DNA of 64,000 nucleotides, from the NCBI GenBank assembly GCA_026391795.1, contig JAPLDI010000023.1:66269-130268 (forward strand), read 5' to 3'. The stretch's first letter is position 1; each line of letters starts with the position of its first letter. Source of the DNA: Bacteroidota bacterium. GTDB taxonomy: Bacteria > Bacteroidota > Bacteroidia > Bacteroidales > FEN-979. Below are positions 48,562 to 56,714 of the stretch, piece by piece. A program made the position numbers and the translations under genes. Below the pieces are notes generated by a model. It had not been told where the DNA came from and did no database searches. It worked only from the letters and a program-made list of their open reading frames with translations.

Positions 48562-49107
48562 ATGAAAACAAATTTTAAAATTTTCAGCCCGATCCTGCTG
48601 GCACTGTTGTTCAGCATGATCATCCTCAACGCAACTGCCCAGAATGGGAATGAGGGCCCAAAAAACCATCAACAGGTTCAGGGTCAGAATCAGGCTCCTT
48701 CCGCCACGCCAGATCTGCCCGATGCACCCATGCCTCCGCCACCTCCGCCACCTCCTCCTCCGCCTGCCGTTGAACCCATGGATGACACTCCGTCTGCGCT
48801 CGATCTTCCCGACCTGTCAGATAACCAGAAAGCTGATATCAAAGCACTGCGTCTGAAACAGATGCAGTCCATGACCCCTTACAGGAACCAGATCCGTGAA
48901 AAAACCGCACATCTTACAACCCTCCTTACCACAGCTCCGGCAGATCTTGCTGCAGCGGATGCCGTTGCCGATGAACTTGGGAAAATCCATGCTTCGGTCC
49001 TGAAACTGATGATTCATCACGACCAGGCCCTTCGGAACCTGCTTACCCCCGACCAGCAGGTGATCTTTGACACACGGCCCAAACCATTCCTCAGGAAGAT
49101 GAAATAG
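48562..49107 (+). CDS. Spy/CpxP-like (LTxxQ) periplasmic protein with N-proximal polyproline tract
   Basis: 181 aa. Signal peptide ..ATAQ, a P11 run, LSDNQKADIKALRLKQ. Confidence 0.55.
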   Translation: MKTNFKIFSPILLALLFSMIILNATAQNGNEGPKNHQQVQGQNQAPSATPDLPDAPMPPPPPPPPPPPAVEPMDDTPSALDLPDLSDNQKADIKALRLKQMQSMTPYRNQIREKTAHLTTLLTTAPADLAAADAVADELGKIHASVLKLMIHHDQALRNLLTPDQQVIFDTRPKPFLRKMK

Positions 49108-49204
49108 GCAGTAGCGGAATCATAAAATTTCGTACATCATTTCTTTAATTTTATAACATCCGCTTTTTGGATAGGTTGTATCATTGCCTCCTAAATGACG
49201 AACT

Positions 49205-49465
49205 ATGAAGCTTCATAAAAATATTGCCGTCAGTGAAGACGGGTTGCTTTTCAACCCGGTGACCGGTGAATCGTACTCGGTAAATCCCATTGGCGTCGAG
49301 ATCATCAACCTCATCCGCGAGGAGAAAAACCAGGAATCCATCTGCAAATGCATCCTGGCGAAATATGCAACGGATAAGACCACCTTTGAGAAAGACTATC
49401 ATGATTTCCTCGGGATACTGGAGCATCACAACCTTATCGAAAGTCATGAAGAAAAGAAAGCTTAA
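49205..49465 (+). CDS. PqqD-family (RRE-like) small protein
   Basis: 86 aa. LLFNPVTGESYSVNPIGVEIINLIREEKNQESI...DYHDFLGILEHHNLI fits the PqqD pattern. Confidence 0.7.
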   Translation: MKLHKNIAVSEDGLLFNPVTGESYSVNPIGVEIINLIREEKNQESICKCILAKYATDKTTFEKDYHDFLGILEHHNLIESHEEKKA

Positions 49466-50492
49466 TATCGCCGTCACCGGGTTGAATGCAATTGACAGTC
49501 CGGGTCCCGGGGTTTCAGTGATCCGGGCGCTGAAGGAGGCAACGTCATTCGAAGCCAGGATCATCGGACTTTCCTACGAGTCGCTCGAACCGGGCATCTA
49601 TATGCATGATCTCGTTGACCATACCTACTCGATCCCTTATCCCGGAGCCGGAATCGACACGCTCCTGGCCCGGATGCGCTATATCCATGAGAAAGAGAAG
49701 CTCGATGTTATCATCCCCAACTTCGATGCAGAGCTTTACCCTTTTATCAAACTGGAAACAAAACTTAAGGCAATGGGCATTCACATGTTTCTGCCTACCC
49801 TGCACCAGTTTGAAGAACGGCACAAGGTCAACCTGAATGATTTTGGAAAGAAATACAACATCCTTGTTCCGAGAAGCAAAGTCATCCATGACCTCAGCAG
49901 CGTGCACAGCCTTCAGTCTGAATTTTCATTCCCGATGATCGTAAAAGGGAAGTTCTATGATGCCTCCATCGCCTACAGCATTGAACAGGTGAAGAGTTAT
50001 TTTAACAAGATCAGCGCCAAATGGGGACTTCCCATCATCATCCAGGAGTTTATCCATGGAACGGAGTTCAATGTAACCGGACTAGGCGATGGGAAAGGCA
50101 ATACCATCGCAGCTGTGCCGATGCGCAAACAGTACATCACTGAAAAAGGAAAGGCCTGGGGAGGTATTTCGATCTCCGATGAGAAAATGCTGGAGATGAC
50201 CCGGAAATTCCTGCATACAACCAAATGGAGGGGCGGTTTTGAACTGGAACTGATGAAAAACAAAGACGGCGAGCTTTACCTGCTGGAGATCAATCCACGT
50301 CTTCCCGCCTGGATCTACCTTGCTGTAGGCGTCGGACAAAACATTCCGGAAGCATTGGTCCACCTGGCCCTGGGGGAGAAAGTGAAGCCCTTTACCCGTT
50401 ACGATGTGGGCAAGATGTTCATCCGGTATGCCTGGGACATGATCGTTGACCGGACGGAGTTTGAACAGATCAGTATTTACGGGGAATTATAA
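49446..50492 (+). CDS. ATP-grasp domain ligase
   Basis: Start set at ATG 49446 (MKKRKLNIAVTG), overlapping the PqqD-like ORF by 20 nt. FPMIVKGKF, IIQEFIHGTEF, LLEINPRLPAW. Confidence 0.8.
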   Translation: MKKRKLNIAVTGLNAIDSPGPGVSVIRALKEATSFEARIIGLSYESLEPGIYMHDLVDHTYSIPYPGAGIDTLLARMRYIHEKEKLDVIIPNFDAELYPFIKLETKLKAMGIHMFLPTLHQFEERHKVNLNDFGKKYNILVPRSKVIHDLSSVHSLQSEFSFPMIVKGKFYDASIAYSIEQVKSYFNKISAKWGLPIIIQEFIHGTEFNVTGLGDGKGNTIAAVPMRKQYITEKGKAWGGISISDEKMLEMTRKFLHTTKWRGGFELELMKNKDGELYLLEINPRLPAWIYLAVGVGQNIPEALVHLALGEKVKPFTRYDVGKMFIRYAWDMIVDRTEFEQISIYGEL

Positions 50493-50612
50493 AATTAAAT
50501 AGCGAGGTGGCGAAAAGCAAAGTAGCGAAATCAAGAATTCTCCCTGACTTTACAAACTTTACAAACTTTACAAACTTTATGAACTTTACAAACTTTGTGA
50601 CTTATTTAACAG
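50493..50612. repeat. Composite repeat element, copy A (9-nt tandem ACTTTACAA x6 plus unique core)
   Basis: The core at 50524-50553 is the reverse complement (27/30) of 55800-55829. Tandem units span 50547-50600. Confidence 0.85.
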
Positions 50613-50620
50613 CATGAACC

Positions 50621-51979
50621 ATGACGAAATTGCGATATGAACGACCGGTGATAAAAAAGCTTGAAACCGGGATGCCTAATAAATTCGGAACGCGTACAGA
50701 ATATGAGCCGATGACCCACATTGACGGGGTTGCCGTGAAGGATCTGATCACAGAGTTTGGGTCGCCCTTGTTCGTCATCTCGGAAAAAACCATTCGGGAT
50801 ACCATTAAAAAGGCCAAGAAGGCATTTGGAACCCGCTATCCGAAGGTGCAGTTTGCCTGGTCGTACAAGACCAACTACCTGAATGCCATCTGCAGTATTT
50901 TCCACCAGGAAGGTTCCTGGGCAGAGGTGGTTTCCGGTTTTGAATACGACAAAGCTATCAGCCTTGGAGTGGATGGACGTAAGATCATTTTCAACGGCCC
51001 GGACAAGAGTGAACAGGACCTTACCAAGGCAATCCATAATGATTCACTGATCCATATCGATCATCTTGATGAATTGTATTCCATAACCGAACTGGCTTCG
51101 AAACTGAAGAAACGTCCGAGAGTAGCCATCCGGGTTAACATGGATACCGGCGTCTATCCCATGTGGGACCGTTTCGGTTTTAATTATGAGAATGGCCAGG
51201 CATGGGATGCCATCAACAAGATCATGCATTCAGAAAAACTGGAGCTTGTGGGACTTCACTGTCACATCGGGACGTTCATGCTATCCCCGTTTGCCTATGG
51301 AACAGCTGCGACAAAGCTGGCTGAACTGGCGCTGGGTATTGAAAAGAAATTCAGTCACCAGATAAAATACATCGATATGGGCGGCGGATTTGCTTCGAAA
51401 AATACCCTGAAAGGCTCTTACCTGCCGGGCTCCGATATTAATCCTGACTTTGACGATTTCGCGGAAGCCATTACCTCAAGCCTGCTGAACAGCAATTTCC
51501 AGAAAGACAAGCTACCCCTGCTGATCCTCGAAACCGGTCGTGCCCTGGTGGACGAAGCCGGTTACCTGCTCGGATCGGTGATCTCCAACAAACGCTCAAG
51601 CACAGGCCGCCGAAACACCATCATCGATGTTGGCGTGAATATCCTTTTTACCTCTTTCTGGTATGACCATAAGGTCACCCCGGCGCAACCTTTCACACAC
51701 TACACAGAGGATACCTGCCTTTACGGTCCCCTCTGCATGAACATTGATGTGATCCGCGAAAGCGCCAACCTGCCGCTGCTGAACAAGGGCAACCATATTG
51801 TGATCCATAATGTCGGGGCGTACAATATGACGCAGTGGATGCAGTTTATTACGTTACGGCCCAATGTAGTGCTGATCGGCCCGGATGAAAAACCGTACCT
51901 GATCCGGAGCAGGGAATCACTGGAGAACATGAACAGGATGGAACATGTTCCGAGGCATCTGAAGGAAATCGGTAAATAA
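50621..51979 (+). CDS. PLP-dependent decarboxylase, Orn/DAP/Arg decarboxylase family 2 (LysA/BtrK-like fold)
   Basis: 452 aa. FGSPLFVISE, the SYKTN Lys motif, IDMGGGF, ETGRALV, GPLCMNIDV. Confidence 0.8.
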   Translation: MTKLRYERPVIKKLETGMPNKFGTRTEYEPMTHIDGVAVKDLITEFGSPLFVISEKTIRDTIKKAKKAFGTRYPKVQFAWSYKTNYLNAICSIFHQEGSWAEVVSGFEYDKAISLGVDGRKIIFNGPDKSEQDLTKAIHNDSLIHIDHLDELYSITELASKLKKRPRVAIRVNMDTGVYPMWDRFGFNYENGQAWDAINKIMHSEKLELVGLHCHIGTFMLSPFAYGTAATKLAELALGIEKKFSHQIKYIDMGGGFASKNTLKGSYLPGSDINPDFDDFAEAITSSLLNSNFQKDKLPLLILETGRALVDEAGYLLGSVISNKRSSTGRRNTIIDVGVNILFTSFWYDHKVTPAQPFTHYTEDTCLYGPLCMNIDVIRESANLPLLNKGNHIVIHNVGAYNMTQWMQFITLRPNVVLIGPDEKPYLIRSRESLENMNRMEHVPRHLKEIGK

Positions 51980-52031
51980 TTGAAAATTGAAAATTGATAA
52001 TAATTTTTCCGTAATTCGTAATTCGTAATTA
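51979..52031. repeat. Heptamer arrays ATTGAAA x3 and GTAATTC x3
   Basis: attgaaa, attgaaa, attgata ... gtaattc, gtaattc, gtaatta, ending 10 nt before the TTG start at 52042. Confidence 0.8.
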
Positions 52032-52041
52032 TTTCTGACTG

Positions 52042-54252
52042 TTGAGCATCAAGAATCCTACATACATATTCCCTTCCTTTCTCTCCAGTATAGTGAACAG
52101 CTATACGCAAATCTTCTTTTCGAATAACCGGATTTTTGCCCTGATCCTGATGATGGTCACGTTTTTCGATTTCTGGGCCGGGTTAAGCGGAATGATCTCG
52201 ATCATTGTTTCGAATGCCATGGCCTATCTCATCGGATTTAACCGGATGAACATCAAAAAGGGGTATTACGGGTTTAACAGCCTGCTTGTCGGACTGGCAC
52301 TCGGCGTCTATTACCAGCCCGGTCCGGAATTCTTCATCGTTCTCATCTTCTCTTCCATGCTTACCCTCCTGCTTACCCTGATGCTGGAAGGGGTCGTTGG
52401 AAAATACGGGCTGCCTTTCATGAGTCTCTCCTTTTTACTTGCAACATGGCTGGTAAGCCTTGCAACAAGGCAGTTTACCACACTCCATATAAGTGAGAGG
52501 GGTATTTTCATGACGAATGAGATGTATGAACTTGGCGGACACCACATGGTGGCATCTTACAACTGGCTTACCAACGCGGATATCCCCGGTTCCATCCGGC
52601 TCTACTTCACCTCCCTGGGAGCCATCTTTTTTCAATATCATCTCTTTGCAGGGATCCTTGTTGCCATCGGACTTCTGATCTATTCACGGATCGCATTCAT
52701 TCTCTCCCTCACCGGTTTCTTCTCTGCAGTTGCCTATTATAATTTTATCGGGGCGAATATCCACGAACTCAGCTATGCCTATATCGGCTTCAACTTCATT
52801 CTCACTTCCATCGCCGTCGGTGGATTTTTTATCATTCCTTCAAGATGGTCGTTTTTATGGGTAATACTCCTTACACCTCTTATTTCAATCATCCTCACGA
52901 GCACCAACGTGATATTTTCAATTTTTCAGCTTTCGGTCTTTTCCCTGCCTTTTAATATCGTCGTTCTTCTTTTTCTCTATTCCCTGAAGTTCCGCGAACG
53001 GTTTTATGATAAACCCCAGCTGGTGGAGTATCAGCAATATTCTCCTGAGAAGAACCTCTATTCACATGTAAATTACAAAGCACGGTTTGGAAAATCACTC
53101 TTTTTTCCTTTCGAGCTGCCTTTCTGGGGTGAATGGAAAGTGACCCAGGGTCATGATGGTAAATTTACACACCAGGGCGACTGGCGTCATGCCTGGGATT
53201 TTGAAGTTACCGATGAGGAAGGACGTACGTTTTCCGGCGACGGAAAAAAGCGGGAAGATTATTATGCCTACAACAAGCCGGTAATCGCACCTGCAGATGG
53301 TTATGTGGAAGAGGTGATCGATACGATCGGGGAAAATGATATCGGCAAGGTCGACCTGGATCACAACTGGGGCAATACGATCATCCTGAGGCATGCGGAC
53401 CAGCTTTATACGAAGCTTTCTCACCTGAAAAAGGAAAGCATTAAGGTCGTAGCTGGAGATTCCGTCAGGAAAGGTCAGGTGCTTGCCAGTTGCGGAAATT
53501 CAGGGCGTTCACCGGTGCCCCATATCCATTTTCAGGTTCAGGCAACTCCTTATATCGGATCAAAAACGATCGATTATCCGGTAAATCATTATATCCGTCA
53601 CAAGGATGGAAATTTTGAATTAAGATCGTATGAATCGCCGGGGAATGATGTCATCGTATCGAACATCAGTAAAAACAGCTCTCTCGAAAAGGCATTTCAT
53701 TTTATTCCGGGACAAAAATTCAGTTTCAACGTAAGTCAGCCTGGCGGGAATGATTATCCGTTAGACTGGGAGGTTCAGGTTGATGCCATAAACAGCATGT
53801 TCATTTTCTGTGAAAAAAGCAACTCCCGTGCATATTTCCGCAATGATGGCGATATTCATTATTTTACACATTTTGAGGGAAACCGGTCATCGGTCCTGTT
53901 TAAATTTTTCCTGGGAGCCTATAAAGTCATGATGGGTTATTATAGTAACCTGCTGGTTAAAGATCAGTTCCCGGTGAATACGTTTAACAACCTGATCGTA
54001 CAAACTGCCCAGGATTTTCTGGCCCCGTTCTGGATTTTTTCCCGTTCGGAGTACACCTTGCGGTATCTTGGAATGGATGATGCCCTGATGCAAACCAACA
54101 TCCGGCTTCAGTCCGTAGTATCTGCAAAAGTTGGCCGACGTTCGGTAAGAAGAATGGAATGCGATCTCTTTGCAGGTCCTCATGGGCTTGAAAGGTTTGT
54201 AATCCGCGAAAATGAAAAAACGATCAACGTTAACCTGGTAGGAGAACGATGA
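52042..54252 (+). CDS. Fusion protein: urea-transporter-like membrane domain + M23/LytM-like domain + unknown C-terminal domain
   Basis: 736 aa with a TTG start. SYTQIFFSNN and GYYGFNSLLVGLALG (UT-like, about 9 TM helices). GNTIILRHADQLYTKLSHL and GNSGRSPVPHIHFQV (M23). Confidence 0.7.
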   Translation: MSIKNPTYIFPSFLSSIVNSYTQIFFSNNRIFALILMMVTFFDFWAGLSGMISIIVSNAMAYLIGFNRMNIKKGYYGFNSLLVGLALGVYYQPGPEFFIVLIFSSMLTLLLTLMLEGVVGKYGLPFMSLSFLLATWLVSLATRQFTTLHISERGIFMTNEMYELGGHHMVASYNWLTNADIPGSIRLYFTSLGAIFFQYHLFAGILVAIGLLIYSRIAFILSLTGFFSAVAYYNFIGANIHELSYAYIGFNFILTSIAVGGFFIIPSRWSFLWVILLTPLISIILTSTNVIFSIFQLSVFSLPFNIVVLLFLYSLKFRERFYDKPQLVEYQQYSPEKNLYSHVNYKARFGKSLFFPFELPFWGEWKVTQGHDGKFTHQGDWRHAWDFEVTDEEGRTFSGDGKKREDYYAYNKPVIAPADGYVEEVIDTIGENDIGKVDLDHNWGNTIILRHADQLYTKLSHLKKESIKVVAGDSVRKGQVLASCGNSGRSPVPHIHFQVQATPYIGSKTIDYPVNHYIRHKDGNFELRSYESPGNDVIVSNISKNSSLEKAFHFIPGQKFSFNVSQPGGNDYPLDWEVQVDAINSMFIFCEKSNSRAYFRNDGDIHYFTHFEGNRSSVLFKFFLGAYKVMMGYYSNLLVKDQFPVNTFNNLIVQTAQDFLAPFWIFSRSEYTLRYLGMDDALMQTNIRLQSVVSAKVGRRSVRRMECDLFAGPHGLERFVIRENEKTINVNLVGER

Positions 54253-55742
54253 AAAAAGATCTCCTGCTATTTATTGCGGCTTTTATGTTGATGATTTCAC
54301 CTTCACTGGCCGAAACGAAACTCGATTTCATGACCGTTGACAGGCTCACCTACCGGTATTACGAGGAACAGAAATGGGATAGTGTGATTGTGGTTGGCAA
54401 ACAGGCACTTCATGAGGATATCGATTTTTTCTACCTGCGGGTCAGGATGGGTATTGCCTATTTTGAAAAGAAGGAATACTTTCCTGCAACAGTGCATCTC
54501 CGGAAGGCCAGGGAGTTTAATTCAGGAGACCCGTTGGTTGCAGATTATCTTTACAGGGCCTACCTTTACACAAACAGGAATGAAGAAGCCCGCGTCCTGA
54601 GAGCGGCGATTCCGGCGGAGGAGAGAAAACCTTTGGATACAAAAAGCGGGTTTTTGGAATCCGTGCATTTTGAAAGCGGGTATACTTTCAGCAGCGGCAA
54701 TTCCCCCGACAACCTTTCCACGCTTACACAGCGTGACAGTATTTACGGTGAACAGGATCTTTACGGAAACAGCCTCTATGAAAATCTCGGGCTTACCATG
54801 AAGATCTCAAACCGGGTAAGTCTGTCGGTAGCCTACAACTACCTGAATTTCGCCAAGACAAAGTACTTCCAGTATGGCCTGGTTGAAGACCAGTTGACCG
54901 GTATTTCAGACAGTTCCTGGGGAAAAAGTTACCATTACCAGTTTCCCCGGGTACTCCATGATACCAGTGTCAGTTACAATGTCAGGCAGAACGAGGTTCA
55001 TTTAGAGGCCATAATCGCCCTTGGGGGAGGATTCAGGATCATGCCGGCCATTCACTGGATCTATGACAGTTACGCCCTGACCGACTCAAGATTCAGGTTT
55101 GACACAGTTCGCGATACGGCATCCTATACTTCAGCAAACGACACCTATCACACCTTTCCTTTTGTGCGTAAAAGCTATTCTTTTGAACAGAAAGATACTG
55201 CATACAGCAACTGGGTTGCTTCGCTGACGGTGACAAAAGAGCTGGGAATCTTTAACCTGGGTTTATCGGGCAGCTGGTCAAACCTGAATGGGATGACGCA
55301 GATCCAGGCCGGCCTGAGCCTGACCTATTATCCGCTGGGAAACCTTAATTTTTACGGCACAACTGCCATCACGGGTTTTTCGCAGGATAAAATATACCGG
55401 TTGCTCCTGAGCCAGGTACTCGGGGTAAAAGCCACACGGTGGATGTGGCTCGAAGGAAACTTTTATTACGGCGATTACACCAATGCCAATATTTTCAACG
55501 GTTCGGTCGTTTACAACAACAGTGACATGATTGATTACCGTGCCGGAGCCTCCATGGTATTCATGGTTGGCAGGCACATTCAATTGTCTTTGATGTACCA
55601 GTATTTCCGGAAGGAGAGCCAGCAGCTGTTCTACATCAGGCCAAGGAATCCCGGCGCCGGTGAGAACCCGCAGAATCCAAAAATAAAAAACAACCCCTAT
55701 AACACAAACACCCTAATCGGAGGAATCACATGGAAACTTTAA
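54249..55742 (+). CDS. Putative outer-membrane protein (TPR-like N-terminus, beta-barrel-like C-terminus)
   Basis: 497 aa. Signal peptide ..PSLA, helical repeats, then an alternating-strand region ending GGITWKL. The start overlaps the upstream stop (ATGA). Confidence 0.45.
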   Translation: MKKDLLLFIAAFMLMISPSLAETKLDFMTVDRLTYRYYEEQKWDSVIVVGKQALHEDIDFFYLRVRMGIAYFEKKEYFPATVHLRKAREFNSGDPLVADYLYRAYLYTNRNEEARVLRAAIPAEERKPLDTKSGFLESVHFESGYTFSSGNSPDNLSTLTQRDSIYGEQDLYGNSLYENLGLTMKISNRVSLSVAYNYLNFAKTKYFQYGLVEDQLTGISDSSWGKSYHYQFPRVLHDTSVSYNVRQNEVHLEAIIALGGGFRIMPAIHWIYDSYALTDSRFRFDTVRDTASYTSANDTYHTFPFVRKSYSFEQKDTAYSNWVASLTVTKELGIFNLGLSGSWSNLNGMTQIQAGLSLTYYPLGNLNFYGTTAITGFSQDKIYRLLLSQVLGVKATRWMWLEGNFYYGDYTNANIFNGSVVYNNSDMIDYRAGASMVFMVGRHIQLSLMYQYFRKESQQLFYIRPRNPGAGENPQNPKIKNNPYNTNTLIGGITWKL

Positions 55743-56443
55743 AAAGTCACAAAGTCACAAAGTCACAGAGTTACAAAGTTTATAAAGTTTTTAAAGTTCA
55801 TAAAGTCAGAGAGAATTCTTGCTTTCGCTCCCGAGGACTCGGGATCGCCATTTTGCTAGTTATCATTGCTTCTCTGGGGGTAACGGCCCAAAACTATGCC
55901 CTTCAGCAGGATGCATTTGCAAAGAGCCAGGCTTATGAGTTACGGGGAAATTTCACCGATGCCATTGCCGCAATGAAGACCGTATATCAGGAGGAGTCCT
56001 ACGAGATCAACCTGCGTCTTGGATGGCTGACCTACCTTGCCGGCCAGTTTACCGAATCTTCTGCCTTTTACCAGAAAGCAATCAAACTGAAACCCTACTC
56101 CATTGAAGCCAAGTTCGGATTTGTAAATCCGGCTTCTGCCCTTGGAAACTGGGACCAGGTGATAAGCCAGTATGAAGAAATTCTGACCATCGATCCTCAG
56201 AATTCAGTCGCCAACTATCGTATGGGATCGATCTGGTACGGTAGAAAAGATTATGCAAAAGCGGAGAAGTTCCTTGAAAAGGTTGTAAACCTCTATCCGT
56301 TTGACTATGACGGGCTGGTTCTTTATGCCTGGACCAACCTGAAACTGGGGAAAATGCGAGAAGCCCAGGTCCTCTTCAACAAAGTGCTGATGAACCGGCC
56401 GAAGGATGCTTCGGCACTGGAGGGGCTGGGGTTGATTAAATAG
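55730..56443 (+). CDS. TPR repeat protein, secreted
   Basis: 237 aa. The Lys-rich N-region is encoded by the repeat, then the signal-like IAILLVIIASLGVTAQ, then several TPR units. The true start is uncertain (an alternative TTG lies at 55853). Confidence 0.65.
   Translation: METLKSHKVTKSQSYKVYKVFKVHKVRENSCFRSRGLGIAILLVIIASLGVTAQNYALQQDAFAKSQAYELRGNFTDAIAAMKTVYQEESYEINLRLGWLTYLAGQFTESSAFYQKAIKLKPYSIEAKFGFVNPASALGNWDQVISQYEEILTIDPQNSVANYRMGSIWYGRKDYAKAEKFLEKVVNLYPFDYDGLVLYAWTNLKLGKMREAQVLFNKVLMNRPKDASALEGLGLIK
55744..55844. repeat. Composite repeat element, copy B (8-9-nt tandem AAGTCACA/AAGTTTATA plus core and palindrome)
   Basis: Inverted relative to copy A. Palindrome tcccgaggactcggga at 55829-55844. 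It lies inside the annotated 5' end of the TPR ORF. Confidence 0.85.
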
Positions 56444-56456
56444 CGATTGCTTCGTC

Positions 56457-56472
56457 CCCCGAGTACTCGGGG
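56457..56472. terminator. Perfect 16-nt palindrome between convergent genes
   Basis: ccccgagtactcgggg, flanked by gattgcttcg...cgcgatgaca, a dispersed-repeat-like context. It may act as a bidirectional terminator. Confidence 0.45.
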
Positions 56473-56504
56473 TCCCCGCGATGACAAGTACCTGAATGGC
56501 GAAA

Positions 56505-56714
56505 TTAATCTTTCATGCAGCGGACGGAGAAAGCATTTGTTCGCAAGGCGGGATAACTTCCTACACTGGGATCCGACTCATTCATCGCATGACTCCATGC
56601 TTTTTCCGGTCCATATGCTGAAGAGCTCCAGAAAAATGCTGCAAAGCCATCATAATTCCAGGATTTATTGACTTCGGCAAAATCCCTGGTCGGAACCAGG
56701 GCTGCCGTATTGCA
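56505..56714 (-). pseudogene. Out-of-frame 3' remnant of the adhesin FISUMP domain
   Basis: The adjacent frame reads ..KSWNYDGFAAFFWSSSAYGPEKAWSHAMNESDPSVGSYPALRTNAFSVRCMKD*. This parallels the C-terminus of the 16003 FISUMP protein (..LWSS...GFSVRCLKD*). Confidence 0.7.

Noticed and set aside
48690-48872. Minus-strand ORF with a poly-Gly run.
   Set aside because: It is the antisense reading of the polyproline tract in the Spy/CpxP-like gene.
49290-49445. Upstream extension of the ATP-grasp ORF (MASRSSTSSARRK...).
   Set aside because: It overlaps the PqqD-like ORF in another frame and is Arg/Ser-rich and non-homologous. ATG 49446 gives the conserved N-terminus.
56447-56671. 74-aa plus-strand ORF.
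   Set aside because: It covers a dispersed-repeat palindrome and is antisense to the FISUMP remnant, which has a much better explanation.
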